Shown: positions 18,372-28,372 of the stretch, piece after piece
How the letters are laid out: the number at the start of each line of letters is the position of its first letter
How positions within the stretch are numbered: the stretch's first letter is position 1
DNA from: an uncultured Planctomycetia bacterium
Lineage (GTDB): Bacteria > Omnitrophota > Gorgyraeia > Duberdicusellales > 4484-171
Reading direction: 5' to 3'
DNA: 64,000 nt
Assembly: GCA_964489445.1 (NCBI GenBank)
Contig: CAZAYU010000002.1
Span: forward strand, 205,020 to 269,019
Notes under the pieces: generated by a model
The model's input: only the letters and a program-made list of their open reading frames with translations
Told to the model about the DNA's origin: nothing
The model's database searches: none
Made by a program: the position numbers and the translations under genes

Positions 18372-19570
18372 AAAAACTTCCGCTAAGCAGCGGTGTGTAT
18401 ATTATGAAGTCTCAACATAACGAAGTACTTTATATTGGAAAAGCATCATCGCTAAGAAAAAGGGTGAAAAGCCATTTTGTTTTGCGCAAGGGGATGCAAA
18501 CCCATTCATTTTTAAATAAAGTAGCAGAAGTATCTTTTATCACTTGTGATACCCCTCAACAAGCATTGATTTTAGAAGCAGCCCTTATTAAAGAAAAGAA
18601 GCCCAAACATAACATTGCCTTGAGAGATAGTAAAAGCTATCCGTATATTGAAATTACTAATGAAGATTTTCCTCGGGTGTTTATTTCTCGGCCGAAGAAA
18701 AATAGCAAAAATTTTATATTTGGTCCTTATCCACAAACGAAAGTATTAAAATCAGCATTACTCTTGATGCGTAATATCTTTCCTTATCGTTCTTGTAAGA
18801 ATATGGGAAAAACTTCTTGTTTATTTTTTCATCTTAATATGTGCCTTGGTCCTTGTGTAGGGAAGGTATCTGTTATTGAGTATAGACAAAATATTAAAAA
18901 TATCCGAGAAATATTAACTGGTCGAAGAAAACAAGTCATTGAAGGATTAAAGATAAAAATGAGACGTGCAGCAAAAAATCTTCAGTTTGAACAGGCTAAA
19001 AATTTTAGAGATAAACTATTAGCCGTGGACATTCTTTATAAAGGAAAACCCAGAACTCATGAAATTATTTTCTTAAAAGAAGCTTTGAAATTACCTTCTT
19101 TTCCTTTGGTGATTGAGGCAGTAGATATCTCTTCTCTGGGACGAGATAATTCTGTAGGGTCTGTAGTTGTGTTTAACGAAGGACTTCCGGATAAAAGTAG
19201 TTATCGTCGTTTTCGCATAAAAAAGGCAAACAGCCAGGATGATTATGCCATGATTGCCGAGGTGTTAAAGAGGCGGTATCTACGAATGTCTCAAGAGAAA
19301 AGAGTTTTTCCGGATTTATTAATTATTGATGGCGGGAGAGGGCATTTGTCTACAGCATTAAAGGTGCTTAATTCTTTGGGGGTGAGTGTACCGGTTATTA
19401 GCATTGCCAAAGAAAACGAAGAGATCTGGCTACCTCAATGCAAGTGCCCACTAGTTTTTTCACGCAGCAATTCAAGCCTGCATTTAATTCAAAGGATTCG
19501 CGATGAAGCGCATCGATTTGCTGGCCAATATCAAAAGTTTCTTCATGAAAAGAAATTATTACCCAGGTAA
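18350..19570 (+). CDS. uvrC: UvrC-like GIY-YIG excinuclease lacking the C-terminal HhH domain
   Basis: GIY-YIG motif (GVYIM...VLYIGKASSLRKRVKSHF), a UVR domain (FEQAKNFRDKLLAV), and an RNaseH-like endonuclease domain (IDGGRGHLSTA). At 406 aa it ends before the HhH region. Confidence 0.65.
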   Translation: MDIKERIKKLPLSSGVYIMKSQHNEVLYIGKASSLRKRVKSHFVLRKGMQTHSFLNKVAEVSFITCDTPQQALILEAALIKEKKPKHNIALRDSKSYPYIEITNEDFPRVFISRPKKNSKNFIFGPYPQTKVLKSALLLMRNIFPYRSCKNMGKTSCLFFHLNMCLGPCVGKVSVIEYRQNIKNIREILTGRRKQVIEGLKIKMRRAAKNLQFEQAKNFRDKLLAVDILYKGKPRTHEIIFLKEALKLPSFPLVIEAVDISSLGRDNSVGSVVVFNEGLPDKSSYRRFRIKKANSQDDYAMIAEVLKRRYLRMSQEKRVFPDLLIIDGGRGHLSTALKVLNSLGVSVPVISIAKENEEIWLPQCKCPLVFSRSNSSLHLIQRIRDEAHRFAGQYQKFLHEKKLLPR

Positions 19571-19655
19571 AAGATAAGGATATAAGGTTTCCGGACGTGG
19601 ACGAAGAATTTGACAATGAGAACAAAAGATCAAGGGCAGGATAAAAGCATCATTT

Positions 19656-19934
19656 TTGAAAGTAATGACGGTGTTTGAAAAGAAAGTTTTGCGTATTATT
19701 TCTAAGATTCCTTTAGGTGAAGTTCGTAGCTATAAGTGGGTAGCCCAAAAGGCAGGAAAGCCAAATGCTTATCGTGCAGTAGCTAATGCGTTAAGTAAAA
19801 ATAAATACCCTTTATTTATTCCTTGTCATAGGGTAATATATTCATCTGGTGAGATAGGAGGATATTTCCTGGGAAAACCATTAAAGGAGAAGTTAATAAA
19901 ATTAGAACAAAAGATAAAAAGCATGATAAAATAA
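19656..19934 (+). CDS. ogt: stand-alone MGMT/Ogt DNA-binding domain protein with the active-site Cys retained
   Basis: 92 aa with the PCHRV active-site motif and the HTH of 6-O-methylguanine-DNA methyltransferases. There is no N-terminal domain. Confidence 0.7.
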   Translation: MKVMTVFEKKVLRIISKIPLGEVRSYKWVAQKAGKPNAYRAVANALSKNKYPLFIPCHRVIYSSGEIGGYFLGKPLKEKLIKLEQKIKSMIK

Positions 19935-19990
19935 AATGTTTCTTATTTTTTTAGGCATTATAAAAAGAAATAATTTTTTAGGAGGTAGAT

Positions 19991-21061
19991 ATGAAGTCTG
20001 AAGATATTTTTAATATTATGATTGAAAAAGACATATCAGATATTTTTATCAGAGTCAAGAGTCCACTAAAGGGAAGAATTTATTCCAATCTGGAAATTAT
20101 TCGCGATGAACTATTTAGCATAGATGATGTTAAGGAAATTATTGGTAATATAACAAAAGAGATAGACAGAAAGAATTTAGAAGCTAAAAGAGGGTGTGAG
20201 TTTACCTGTTGGTATAAAGAATCTTGGCGTTTCCGTGTGGGGATATTTTATCAACGTAATACGCCCGCGTTAGTTATTCGTAAGATCGATTTACGTATTC
20301 CGGATTTTAAAGGGTTAAATCTACCAGATAAAGTGCTAAGAGGCTTTTCTTTAGAAAAGAGAGGAATAGTTCTTCTTACTGGAATAACTGGAAGCGGTAA
20401 ATCAACAACTATTGCTAGCATGATAGACTATATTAATAGTTGTGCCGGACGGCATATTTTAACTATTGAAGAGCCCATAGAGTTTACATTTAAAGATAAA
20501 ATGTCTGTAATTAATCAACGGGAAATTGGTATTGATGTTGGGAGTTACCAGAGTGCCTTAAAGCAGTTTGCTTTGCATTCCCCGGATGTTATTTATATCG
20601 GGAATATTCGTGATTCCGAGACTTGCCATGCTGCTCTAACTGCTGCAGAAACCGGTGCATTGGTTTTGTCTACTATTCATACAGTTAACGCGACATCTAC
20701 TGTAGAGAGGATTATTAATTTTTTTCCTTCTCACCAGCACAATTTTATTCTTCATCAATTATCTTTTCTTTTGAAAGGAGTTTTATCGCAACGGCTTATT
20801 CCGCGTTGTGATTCTCGGGGGTTTATTCCGGCCTATGAATCGATGGTGTTGAGTCCTTCCATATCTCGGCTTATAAGAGAAAATAAATTCTGGGAAATAC
20901 CTAAGTATATTTCTTCTGGAGAAGTTTATGGTATGAAAAGTTTTCACCAGTGTTTGTTGGGTCTTGTGGAGGAAGGCAAAATAACTCCGGAATCTGCTTT
21001 AGACTATGCGGATAAAAGGCAAGAATTGGAAATGGAATTTCGTAATAAGAGACTGATGTAG
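19991..21061 (+). CDS. pilT: type IV pilus retraction ATPase PilT/PilU family
   Basis: Walker A LLTGITGSGKSTT, Asp box, Walker B and His box, with an N-terminal domain collinear with PilT. RBS aggaggt. Confidence 0.8.
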   Translation: MKSEDIFNIMIEKDISDIFIRVKSPLKGRIYSNLEIIRDELFSIDDVKEIIGNITKEIDRKNLEAKRGCEFTCWYKESWRFRVGIFYQRNTPALVIRKIDLRIPDFKGLNLPDKVLRGFSLEKRGIVLLTGITGSGKSTTIASMIDYINSCAGRHILTIEEPIEFTFKDKMSVINQREIGIDVGSYQSALKQFALHSPDVIYIGNIRDSETCHAALTAAETGALVLSTIHTVNATSTVERIINFFPSHQHNFILHQLSFLLKGVLSQRLIPRCDSRGFIPAYESMVLSPSISRLIRENKFWEIPKYISSGEVYGMKSFHQCLLGLVEEGKITPESALDYADKRQELEMEFRNKRLM

Positions 21062-21173
21062 CTCCAAAAAGACTTTCAAGACCAGCTTTTCTTACCGCCT
21101 GGGCAAACCAACGGTTTGATAGATTATTTTAAAAATTATATTTTATGTTCCTGGAAATTTACAATAAAAATAT

Positions 21174-22280
21174 ATGATAGGGGAAATAAAAAAACAAATA
21201 AGTGGAATACAGAAGAGCATCGACAGTTTGAAGCTGTTATTAGGTGTTAGCGAAAAGGAAAAGATTATGGAAGGACTGCAGCTAAAAATGTCTGAGCCTG
21301 ATTTTTGGAATGATTCAAAGTCTGCGTCTAAATTTGTAAATGAGCTTAAAAATGCTAAACGTGATGTTGATACTTGGAAAACACTTAGTGAGAGGCTAGG
21401 GGAATTGGAAGAATTGTATGCACTTTTCGATGAAACCTTGGAGGCGGACATTTTAAAAGAGATAAAACATTTACAAGATGAATGCAGCAAGGCTGAGCTA
21501 TGTGTTTTGTTTTCAGGAAAATTTGACAATTCAAACGCTATAATTGAAATAAATTCTGGAGCCGGGGGCACAGAAGCTTGTGACTGGGCCGCTATGCTGT
21601 TTAGAATGTATTTTAGATGGGCAGAAGATAAAAAATTTAAACTTAAAGTATTTCGTGAAGAGAGGGGAGATGAGGCAGGAGTAAAGAGTATTACATTCTT
21701 TATCCAGGGCTTAAGAGCTTATGGTCTGCTAAAGGCAGAAAGAGGTGTTCACCGGTTGGTAAGGATTTCTCCCTTTGATTCTAACAAACGTCGGCACACT
21801 TCCTTTGCTTCTGTTTTAGTACTTCCGGAAATAAAAGAAGATATTGAAATTGAAATAAAGCCAGATGACTTAAGAGTTGATACATTTCGTTCTTCTGGTG
21901 CAGGAGGACAACATGTTAATGTTACTGATTCAGCAGTAAGGATTACTTATTTGCCGCTGGGAATTGTTGTTTGCTGCCAAAACGAGCGCTCTCAACATCA
22001 GAATAGGCAGGTTGCTTTAAAAATATTAAAAGCAAAACTATACGAACGCAAACAAGCAGAAAGTAAAAAAGAGCTAAGTAGCGAAGGAAAAGATAAGCAA
22101 AAAATTGAATGGGGATCTCAAATTCGTTCCTATGTTTTGCATCCTTATCTTTTAGTAAAAGATCACCGGACTAATACTGAAATACATGATGCTTGGAGTG
22201 TTCTAGACGGCAAGATAGATGATTTTATCTATGCGTTTTTAAATGCTTTTTATTTGCATAAAAAAGAAGAAAGGAAATAA
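21174..22280 (+). CDS. prfB: peptide chain release factor 2 (no programmed frameshift)
   Basis: GGQ motif (SGAGGQHVNVTDSAVRITY) and SPF motif (RISPFDS). A single uninterrupted 368-aa ORF. Confidence 0.9.
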   Translation: MIGEIKKQISGIQKSIDSLKLLLGVSEKEKIMEGLQLKMSEPDFWNDSKSASKFVNELKNAKRDVDTWKTLSERLGELEELYALFDETLEADILKEIKHLQDECSKAELCVLFSGKFDNSNAIIEINSGAGGTEACDWAAMLFRMYFRWAEDKKFKLKVFREERGDEAGVKSITFFIQGLRAYGLLKAERGVHRLVRISPFDSNKRRHTSFASVLVLPEIKEDIEIEIKPDDLRVDTFRSSGAGGQHVNVTDSAVRITYLPLGIVVCCQNERSQHQNRQVALKILKAKLYERKQAESKKELSSEGKDKQKIEWGSQIRSYVLHPYLLVKDHRTNTEIHDAWSVLDGKIDDFIYAFLNAFYLHKKEERK

Positions 22281-22284
22281 TATT

Positions 22285-25137
22285 ATGTTAAAAAAAATAA
22301 TTCTTAAGAAATCTCAGAGAAATATAAGTAAATTCAAGCCAATGGTAAATATTGTTTTAAACAGCGAAATGCCTACCCCTTCGATTAAAGAAGCAGCATG
22401 CTTGTCTTCTATTGTCAGTAAAGTTAATTCATTTGAAGTAGAAGTTGAAAATAAACCAGATTCTTTTTTTAGGGATAAAACAACAGAATTTAAGGAAATG
22501 ATTGATAGTCGCATTGACAAAGTTTCTTTAGACAAGCAGAAAGAAACTATTGAACAAGTCCTTAACGAAATGCTTCCGTTTTATTTTGCAATGGTTAGAG
22601 AAGCTGCGAAAAGAGCCTTAAGAATGCGTCATTTTGATGTTCAAATTTTAGGCGGAATAATTCTCCATAAAAATCGGATAGCGGAAATGGTTACCGGAGA
22701 AGGGAAAACATTAGTTGCCACGCTAGCCGCTTCTCTAAACGCTCTTGCCGGGAAAGGAGTTCATATTGTTACAGTTAACGATTATTTAGCCAAGAGAGAT
22801 CAGGAGTGGATGAAACCGGTTTATAATTTTTTAGGTTTATCTTGTGGAGTTATTCAGCAAAATATGGGTAGCCAGTTAAGAAAAAATGCTTATGCTTGCG
22901 ATATTGTATATGGAACTAACAACGAGCTTGGTTTTGACTATTTGAGAGATAATATGGTAACGGATGCCCAAAGTATGGTTCAGGGTGAACATTTTTATGC
23001 GATAGTTGATGAGGTTGACTCTATATTGATAGATGAAGCAAGAACTCCTCTAATAATTTCTGGCCCAGCCGAAAGCTACATTGATAAGTATTATTTGGCC
23101 GATAAAGTAATTAGGCAAATCAAAACAAAAAAGATTATCCAAAGTTTTGACAATAAAGATGGAACGGTCACTATAAAAAATATTGATGGCAGTGAAATGA
23201 AAATTGAGCCACAGGAATTAGAAGATAAGTACGAGGCGATTGTTGAAGAAAAGACACAAAATGCCTATTTTACTCATAGCGGAGAAAAAAAATGCGAAAA
23301 GTTATTAGGTATCGACAATATTTCTGAAGAATCTCCGGATAAGCTTTCTAATCCTTGGAATCATTATCTTACCCAAAGCCTAAGAGCTTGGCAATTTTTC
23401 CGTACAGATCGAGAGTATATAGTGAAAGAAGGAAGAGTGGTGATAGTTGATGAATTTACCGGAAGATTAATGGCGGGAAGACGATGGGCAGATGGTTTGC
23501 ATCAGGCGGTAGAGGCAAAAGAAGGGCTTAAGATACAAGAAGAAAGTCAGACTCTAGCAACTATTACACTTCAGAATTATTTTAGAATGTATACTAAACT
23601 TGCTGGCATGACCGGTACAGCTTATACTGAAGCGAACGAATTTAAGCATATTTATGGATTAGATGTGACAGCAATCCCTACTAATCGGCCTTTAGCCAGA
23701 ATTAATTATCCGGATAGAATATACAAGAATAAAGAAGGTAAGTTCAATGCGGTAATTGATGAAATTAAAGAGTGTTATACGATAAAAAAGCCAGTTTTAG
23801 TGGGGACCACTTCGATTGAGGATTCGGAATATCTCTCTTTTCTTCTTGGAAAAAAAGGTATTCCACATAATGTGCTTAACGCTAAGCATCACGAGCAAGA
23901 AGCTTCTGTAGTAGCTCAAGCAGGAAGACTATCCCAAATAACCATTGCAACTAATATGGCTGGTAGAGGTACGGATATACTTTTGGGTGGCAACATTGAT
24001 TATTTCATTAAGAATATTTTAAGCAGAAACAATATTCATATTGGAGATCCTGATTATTATCAAGAATACGATAGTCTGCATTTAAAACACAATAGTAAAT
24101 TTCAGCATGATCATGATAAAGTTATTGAATTGGGAGGAATGCATATTATTTGCACCCAACGTCATGAGGCAAGAAGAATTGACAACCAGCTCAGAGGTCG
24201 TTCTGGCCGACAAGGAGATCCCGGGTCTTCACGCTTTTATGTTTCGCTTGAAGACGACTTAATGCGTCTTTTTGGATCGGAAAGAATTTATAAAATGATG
24301 GAGGCATTTGGATTTCCTGAAGACCAGCCCATAGAGCATTCGTTAATTAACCATTCACTGGCTGTTGCTCAAAAAAGAGTTGAAGGGCATAATTTTGAAA
24401 TAAGAAAACAGCTTCTCGAATATGATAATGTCATGAATAAACAGAGGGAAGTTGTGTATCGACAAAGGAGAATGATATTAGAGAGCCAAGACATTAAGGA
24501 AGAAGTTATTGCCATGGCCGATGATGTCATTGAAAAAGGTTTACCGGTTTATTTTCAAGAGGAAACAGATGTTTTAGGTGTTATGCATTGGGTAAGGTCA
24601 AAATTTAATTTTGAAATTTCTGAACAAAATATCAGAAAATTAAATTTAAAAGAAACAATAAATTTTCTTAAACAAGAAGTAAAAAGAATTTACCAGGATA
24701 AAGAAGCAAAAGCTGGTATAGATGCTATGCGGCGCATGGAAAAAGCGGTAAGCTTATGGGTAGTGGATTCTCGGTGGAAAGAACATTTGCTTACCATAGA
24801 TCATCTAAGAGAGGGCATTCATCTTCGGGCGCATGCCCACGTAGAGCCTTTAGTAGAATATCAGAGAGAAACTTATTTTGCTTTTCAGGAAATGATTAAC
24901 TTAATTAAGGAAGGAGTCGTTGATCTATTTTTTAAAACAAGTATAAAACCTGCCGAGAAGACAGGCGTATTCAGCGAGTCTCCCAAAAAGTTTGTTCATT
25001 CTCAATATACTCCCTTGGCTAAAGATAATAAAAATAGCGTGGCTGTGCTTCCTGAGCAGGAAAGTAATAAAGTTGGACGTAATGAACTTTGTCCGTGTGG
25101 AAGCGGAAAAAAGTATAAAAAATGTTGCGGTAAGTGA
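22285..25137 (+). CDS. secA: preprotein translocase ATPase SecA
   Basis: DEAD-motor motifs and a C-terminal zinc finger (CPCGSGKKYKKCCG). Start set at MLKKIILKK; the track ORF starts 14 codons earlier. Confidence 0.95.
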   Translation: MLKKIILKKSQRNISKFKPMVNIVLNSEMPTPSIKEAACLSSIVSKVNSFEVEVENKPDSFFRDKTTEFKEMIDSRIDKVSLDKQKETIEQVLNEMLPFYFAMVREAAKRALRMRHFDVQILGGIILHKNRIAEMVTGEGKTLVATLAASLNALAGKGVHIVTVNDYLAKRDQEWMKPVYNFLGLSCGVIQQNMGSQLRKNAYACDIVYGTNNELGFDYLRDNMVTDAQSMVQGEHFYAIVDEVDSILIDEARTPLIISGPAESYIDKYYLADKVIRQIKTKKIIQSFDNKDGTVTIKNIDGSEMKIEPQELEDKYEAIVEEKTQNAYFTHSGEKKCEKLLGIDNISEESPDKLSNPWNHYLTQSLRAWQFFRTDREYIVKEGRVVIVDEFTGRLMAGRRWADGLHQAVEAKEGLKIQEESQTLATITLQNYFRMYTKLAGMTGTAYTEANEFKHIYGLDVTAIPTNRPLARINYPDRIYKNKEGKFNAVIDEIKECYTIKKPVLVGTTSIEDSEYLSFLLGKKGIPHNVLNAKHHEQEASVVAQAGRLSQITIATNMAGRGTDILLGGNIDYFIKNILSRNNIHIGDPDYYQEYDSLHLKHNSKFQHDHDKVIELGGMHIICTQRHEARRIDNQLRGRSGRQGDPGSSRFYVSLEDDLMRLFGSERIYKMMEAFGFPEDQPIEHSLINHSLAVAQKRVEGHNFEIRKQLLEYDNVMNKQREVVYRQRRMILESQDIKEEVIAMADDVIEKGLPVYFQEETDVLGVMHWVRSKFNFEISEQNIRKLNLKETINFLKQEVKRIYQDKEAKAGIDAMRRMEKAVSLWVVDSRWKEHLLTIDHLREGIHLRAHAHVEPLVEYQRETYFAFQEMINLIKEGVVDLFFKTSIKPAEKTGVFSESPKKFVHSQYTPLAKDNKNSVAVLPEQESNKVGRNELCPCGSGKKYKKCCGK

Positions 25138-26633
25138 AAATGTATCGTAAAACTGCCACACTTGGCAGATGGTTTTCTAAATTTTTATTATCTGCTTTAA
25201 GCGGTATATTGACCGGCCTAGCTTTTAATTTTCCTAAATTTTCTATTATTATTTGGTTTTCTTTAATTCCGCTTATTTATGTTTTAAGCCAAGACGGGGA
25301 AAAAACAATTGTTTGGCCGGCAATAATTTTTTCTTTCTTTTATTATGGTACTGCTATTTTCTGGATAACAAATGTTACAAATCTAGGATTTATTCTTCTC
25401 CTTCTTTATCTTTCTGTTTTTTCTGTATTATTTTTTTTGTTAGGGAGGTATTTTTTAAATAAGCCATACTTGATAGTTTCCTTACCAGCTTTATGGGTGG
25501 TACTAGAATTTTTAAAGGAAAATATTTGGTGTGGCTTTAGCTGGGCAAATTTAGGTTATTCTCAGTATCAAAGTATTAAATTTATTCAGATAGCCGACAT
25601 TGGAGGAGTAAAAGCTATTACCTTCTTGATAGTTGTCTGCAATGTTTTGATCTGGGAATTATTTTTTTGTTGTCGTAAATATTCTAGAAAAAAACAAGCT
25701 GTAAAAACAGTTTTATTTGCTTTGGTTATTTTAGGATGTTTTATGTATTCTGCTTATTCTTTGCATAAGTTTGGCAGACAGGATAAAATTAAAGAAAAAT
25801 TTCTGAAATTTTCGTTAATTCAGCCAAATATTCCTCAGGAACTAAAATGGAACATTAATTTATCAGGGAAAATAGTAGATCACTTAGCGGAATTAACTAA
25901 GACTTCTAATGTAGATAGTCTAGTAATTTTTCCAGAAGCTGCGTGGCCATTTCTAATCACGGAGAATAATAGGGGCTTGTTAAGTCAATTTGTTAAAAAT
26001 TCAAAACGGGATGTATTGATTGGGGCGCCTGTTGAAGAAAGCGGAAAATTTTATAATGAGGCAATGTTTATTAATAAAGATGGCAGAATGGTTGGTAGCT
26101 ATCAGAAAATTAAAATTGTTCCCTTTGGTGAGTACATTCCATTTAGAAAATTCTTAGGCTTTATTAGCGTTGTGAATTCTATTGGTGACATGAGCAGGGG
26201 TAAGATAGTAAAGAAATTCACATATGATAGTGTGAATTTTTCGGTACTAATTTGTTTTGAAGATATTTTTTCTAATCATGTGGCAGAATTTTCAAAAGGT
26301 AATGATTTTTTAATAAATATTACAAATGACGCATGGTTTGATGGAGAGCCTCAAGCTAGCCAGCATTTTGCGATTATGACTTTGCGGGCTATTGAAAATC
26401 GAATACCGATTATTCGTAGTTCTAATACGGGAATAAGTGGTTGGGTTTCTGCAAGCGGAAAACCAGAAACAATGAATCAGAATGGCAAAGAAGTATTTTT
26501 TTCTGGCACGGGTAACTTTGAAATAATGTTAGATAGGCAAAAGAGTTTTTATACTAAATATGGGGAATTATTTTTACTTATTTGTTGTTTCTTTGCGCTA
26601 GGCATAGCAGTATTACATAGGAACAAGTATTAA
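25134..26633 (+). CDS. lnt: apolipoprotein N-acyltransferase
   Basis: Multi-TM N-terminus plus a CN-hydrolase domain (Glu-Lys-Cys; ICFEDIF). Start is GTG at 25134 or ATG at 25140, overlapping the secA stop. Confidence 0.85.
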   Translation: MKMYRKTATLGRWFSKFLLSALSGILTGLAFNFPKFSIIIWFSLIPLIYVLSQDGEKTIVWPAIIFSFFYYGTAIFWITNVTNLGFILLLLYLSVFSVLFFLLGRYFLNKPYLIVSLPALWVVLEFLKENIWCGFSWANLGYSQYQSIKFIQIADIGGVKAITFLIVVCNVLIWELFFCCRKYSRKKQAVKTVLFALVILGCFMYSAYSLHKFGRQDKIKEKFLKFSLIQPNIPQELKWNINLSGKIVDHLAELTKTSNVDSLVIFPEAAWPFLITENNRGLLSQFVKNSKRDVLIGAPVEESGKFYNEAMFINKDGRMVGSYQKIKIVPFGEYIPFRKFLGFISVVNSIGDMSRGKIVKKFTYDSVNFSVLICFEDIFSNHVAEFSKGNDFLINITNDAWFDGEPQASQHFAIMTLRAIENRIPIIRSSNTGISGWVSASGKPETMNQNGKEVFFSGTGNFEIMLDRQKSFYTKYGELFLLICCFFALGIAVLHRNKY

Positions 26634-26656
26634 TTAGTGACAGAAAAGGAGGATAA

Positions 26657-27139
26657 ATGGAGCTTAAAGCTGTAAAAGTGGAAAAGCCGGAAGGGTTGAA
26701 CGTAATTATTGGGCAGGCGCACTTCATAAAGACTGTTGAAGATATCTATGAAGCGCTCATTGAAAGCTCACCTTCAATAAAATTTGGATTGGCATTTTGT
26801 GAAGCTTCTGGAAAATGTTTGGTGCGGGTTGAAGGTAATGATCAAAAGCTTAGAAATATTGCCTTGAAAAACGCTTTAAGCATTGGGTGCGGTCATTTGT
26901 TTTTTATCGCTATAGAAGAAGCTTATCCAGTGAATATTTTAAACCGTATTAAAAATACTTCAGAGGTTTGCAGTGTTTTTTGTGCATCAGCTAATCCTTT
27001 AGAGTTAATTATTGCCCAAACGAGTCAAGGAAGATCTTGTTTGGGCGCTGTGGACGGTTTTTCGCCAAAAGGGGTTGAAGAACAAGATGATGTTCTATGG
27101 CGAAAAACAATATTGAGAGATATTAAGTATAAATTATGA
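26657..27139 (+). CDS. conserved 160-aa protein, possibly the adenosine-specific kinase family (PF04008-like)
   Basis: N-terminal GQAHFIKTVEDIYEAL motif, recalled from that family. RBS aaaggagg. Confidence 0.35.
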   Translation: MELKAVKVEKPEGLNVIIGQAHFIKTVEDIYEALIESSPSIKFGLAFCEASGKCLVRVEGNDQKLRNIALKNALSIGCGHLFFIAIEEAYPVNILNRIKNTSEVCSVFCASANPLELIIAQTSQGRSCLGAVDGFSPKGVEEQDDVLWRKTILRDIKYKL

Positions 27140-27280
27140 GCATACATTTTTATTTTATTTTTAGCTTTAAAACATTGACTCTAAAAAACAGCATAAGAAA
27201 AATTTAAATAAAAGACTGAGAGTGAATTTATATTCGTGTGTAGATATGACGTGTGTGGGAAAAAATAGTTGTTATTTTGT

Positions 27281-27309
27281 TTGAAATCAAAAAAAATACT
27301 ATATAATAT
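27281..27309 (+). promoter_or_regulatory. putative sigma70 promoter TTGAAA-15/17-TATAAT/TAATAT upstream of the acyltransferase gene
   Basis: Hexamers read directly from the AT-rich 225-bp intergenic region. Confidence 0.35.
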
Positions 27310-27364
27310 ACACAAAGCATGTAATTTTTTTAAACTAATAAATAAAATAAAATGTTAGACTGCA

Positions 27365-28303
27365 GTGAGTAAAAAATATAAAAAAATTGTTGGCAGATGT
27401 GTTAGTTGGTGGGCTATAAAGCTGTTCACCTCTCTAAGCGGAGCACTTTCCTTAAAGGTTAATTATTTTTTAGGAAAGGTCTTGGGGGACATTGCGTATG
27501 CAATAGTTGCCCGTCACAGGAAATATGCTTTTCAAAATTTAGCTATTGCTTTTCCAGAAAAAATGCCTAAAGAGATAAAAAGAATAACACGTGATTTTTT
27601 TATATTTATGGCACAGGGTTCTTTTGAGCTGTTGCATTTTTTAAAAAATCCTTCTCAACTTTCTCGTATATATATTGAAGGTAAGCATTGCCTTGACAAT
27701 GCTTTAAGTAAAAATAAAGGTGTAATCATTCTTACTGCTCATTTAGGCAATTTTCCTTTAATGAGCTTGAAATTAGCAAAAATGGGGTATTCCATCAATA
27801 TCGTTGCTCGTCCCATGCGTGACGAGCGTGCCGGGCAATATATTCATAGTTTACGATCCGCATCGGGTGTAAAGACTATTTTTTCGTATCCCCGCCGTGA
27901 TTGTGTGAGTGGGATTGTAAAGGCTCTAAGAAATAATGAATTAGTAGTAATTCAAATGGACCAGAATTTTGGGACAGGGGGCGTATGGGTCAAATTTTTT
28001 GGAAAGTTAGCAGCTACACCTGTAGGCCCGATTACTCTTGCGTTAAGAACAGATGCGGTTATTTTGCCTGGTTATATTTTTCGTAAGTGTGATACTGAAC
28101 ATGTTCTAAAATTTTTTCCAGAAGAAAAACTAATATTGGGCAATTGCAAGGAAGAAACAATCTTACTTAATGCTGTAAAATTTACCCGGATGATCGAATC
28201 TTGGATTAGGAATGTTTCCTCGCAATGGGTTTGGATTCACAGGCGCTGGAAATCACGACCTTCAGAAAAAATAAAAAAAATGAAATTCAAGATTGAACAA
28301 TAA
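27365..28303 (+). CDS. lpxL: lipid A biosynthesis (Kdo2-lipid IVA) late acyltransferase, LpxL/HtrB family
   Basis: PF03279-like N-terminal TM segment, an HX4D-type region (LTAHLGNFPLM) and overall collinearity with LpxL/LpxM. Confidence 0.65.
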   Translation: MSKKYKKIVGRCVSWWAIKLFTSLSGALSLKVNYFLGKVLGDIAYAIVARHRKYAFQNLAIAFPEKMPKEIKRITRDFFIFMAQGSFELLHFLKNPSQLSRIYIEGKHCLDNALSKNKGVIILTAHLGNFPLMSLKLAKMGYSINIVARPMRDERAGQYIHSLRSASGVKTIFSYPRRDCVSGIVKALRNNELVVIQMDQNFGTGGVWVKFFGKLAATPVGPITLALRTDAVILPGYIFRKCDTEHVLKFFPEEKLILGNCKEETILLNAVKFTRMIESWIRNVSSQWVWIHRRWKSRPSEKIKKMKFKIEQ

Positions 28304-28372
28304 AAAATATTTTCAAGAAAGGGCTTTACAGGAAAAACTCAAATGATATAATTGATCAAAAGGGAGGCAATA

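Noticed and set aside
21143-21571. 142-aa antisense ORF overlapping prfB
   Set aside because: It lies entirely inside a strongly supported conserved gene, on the opposite strand and with low-complexity S/F-rich composition. It is a typical shadow ORF of an AT-rich gene.
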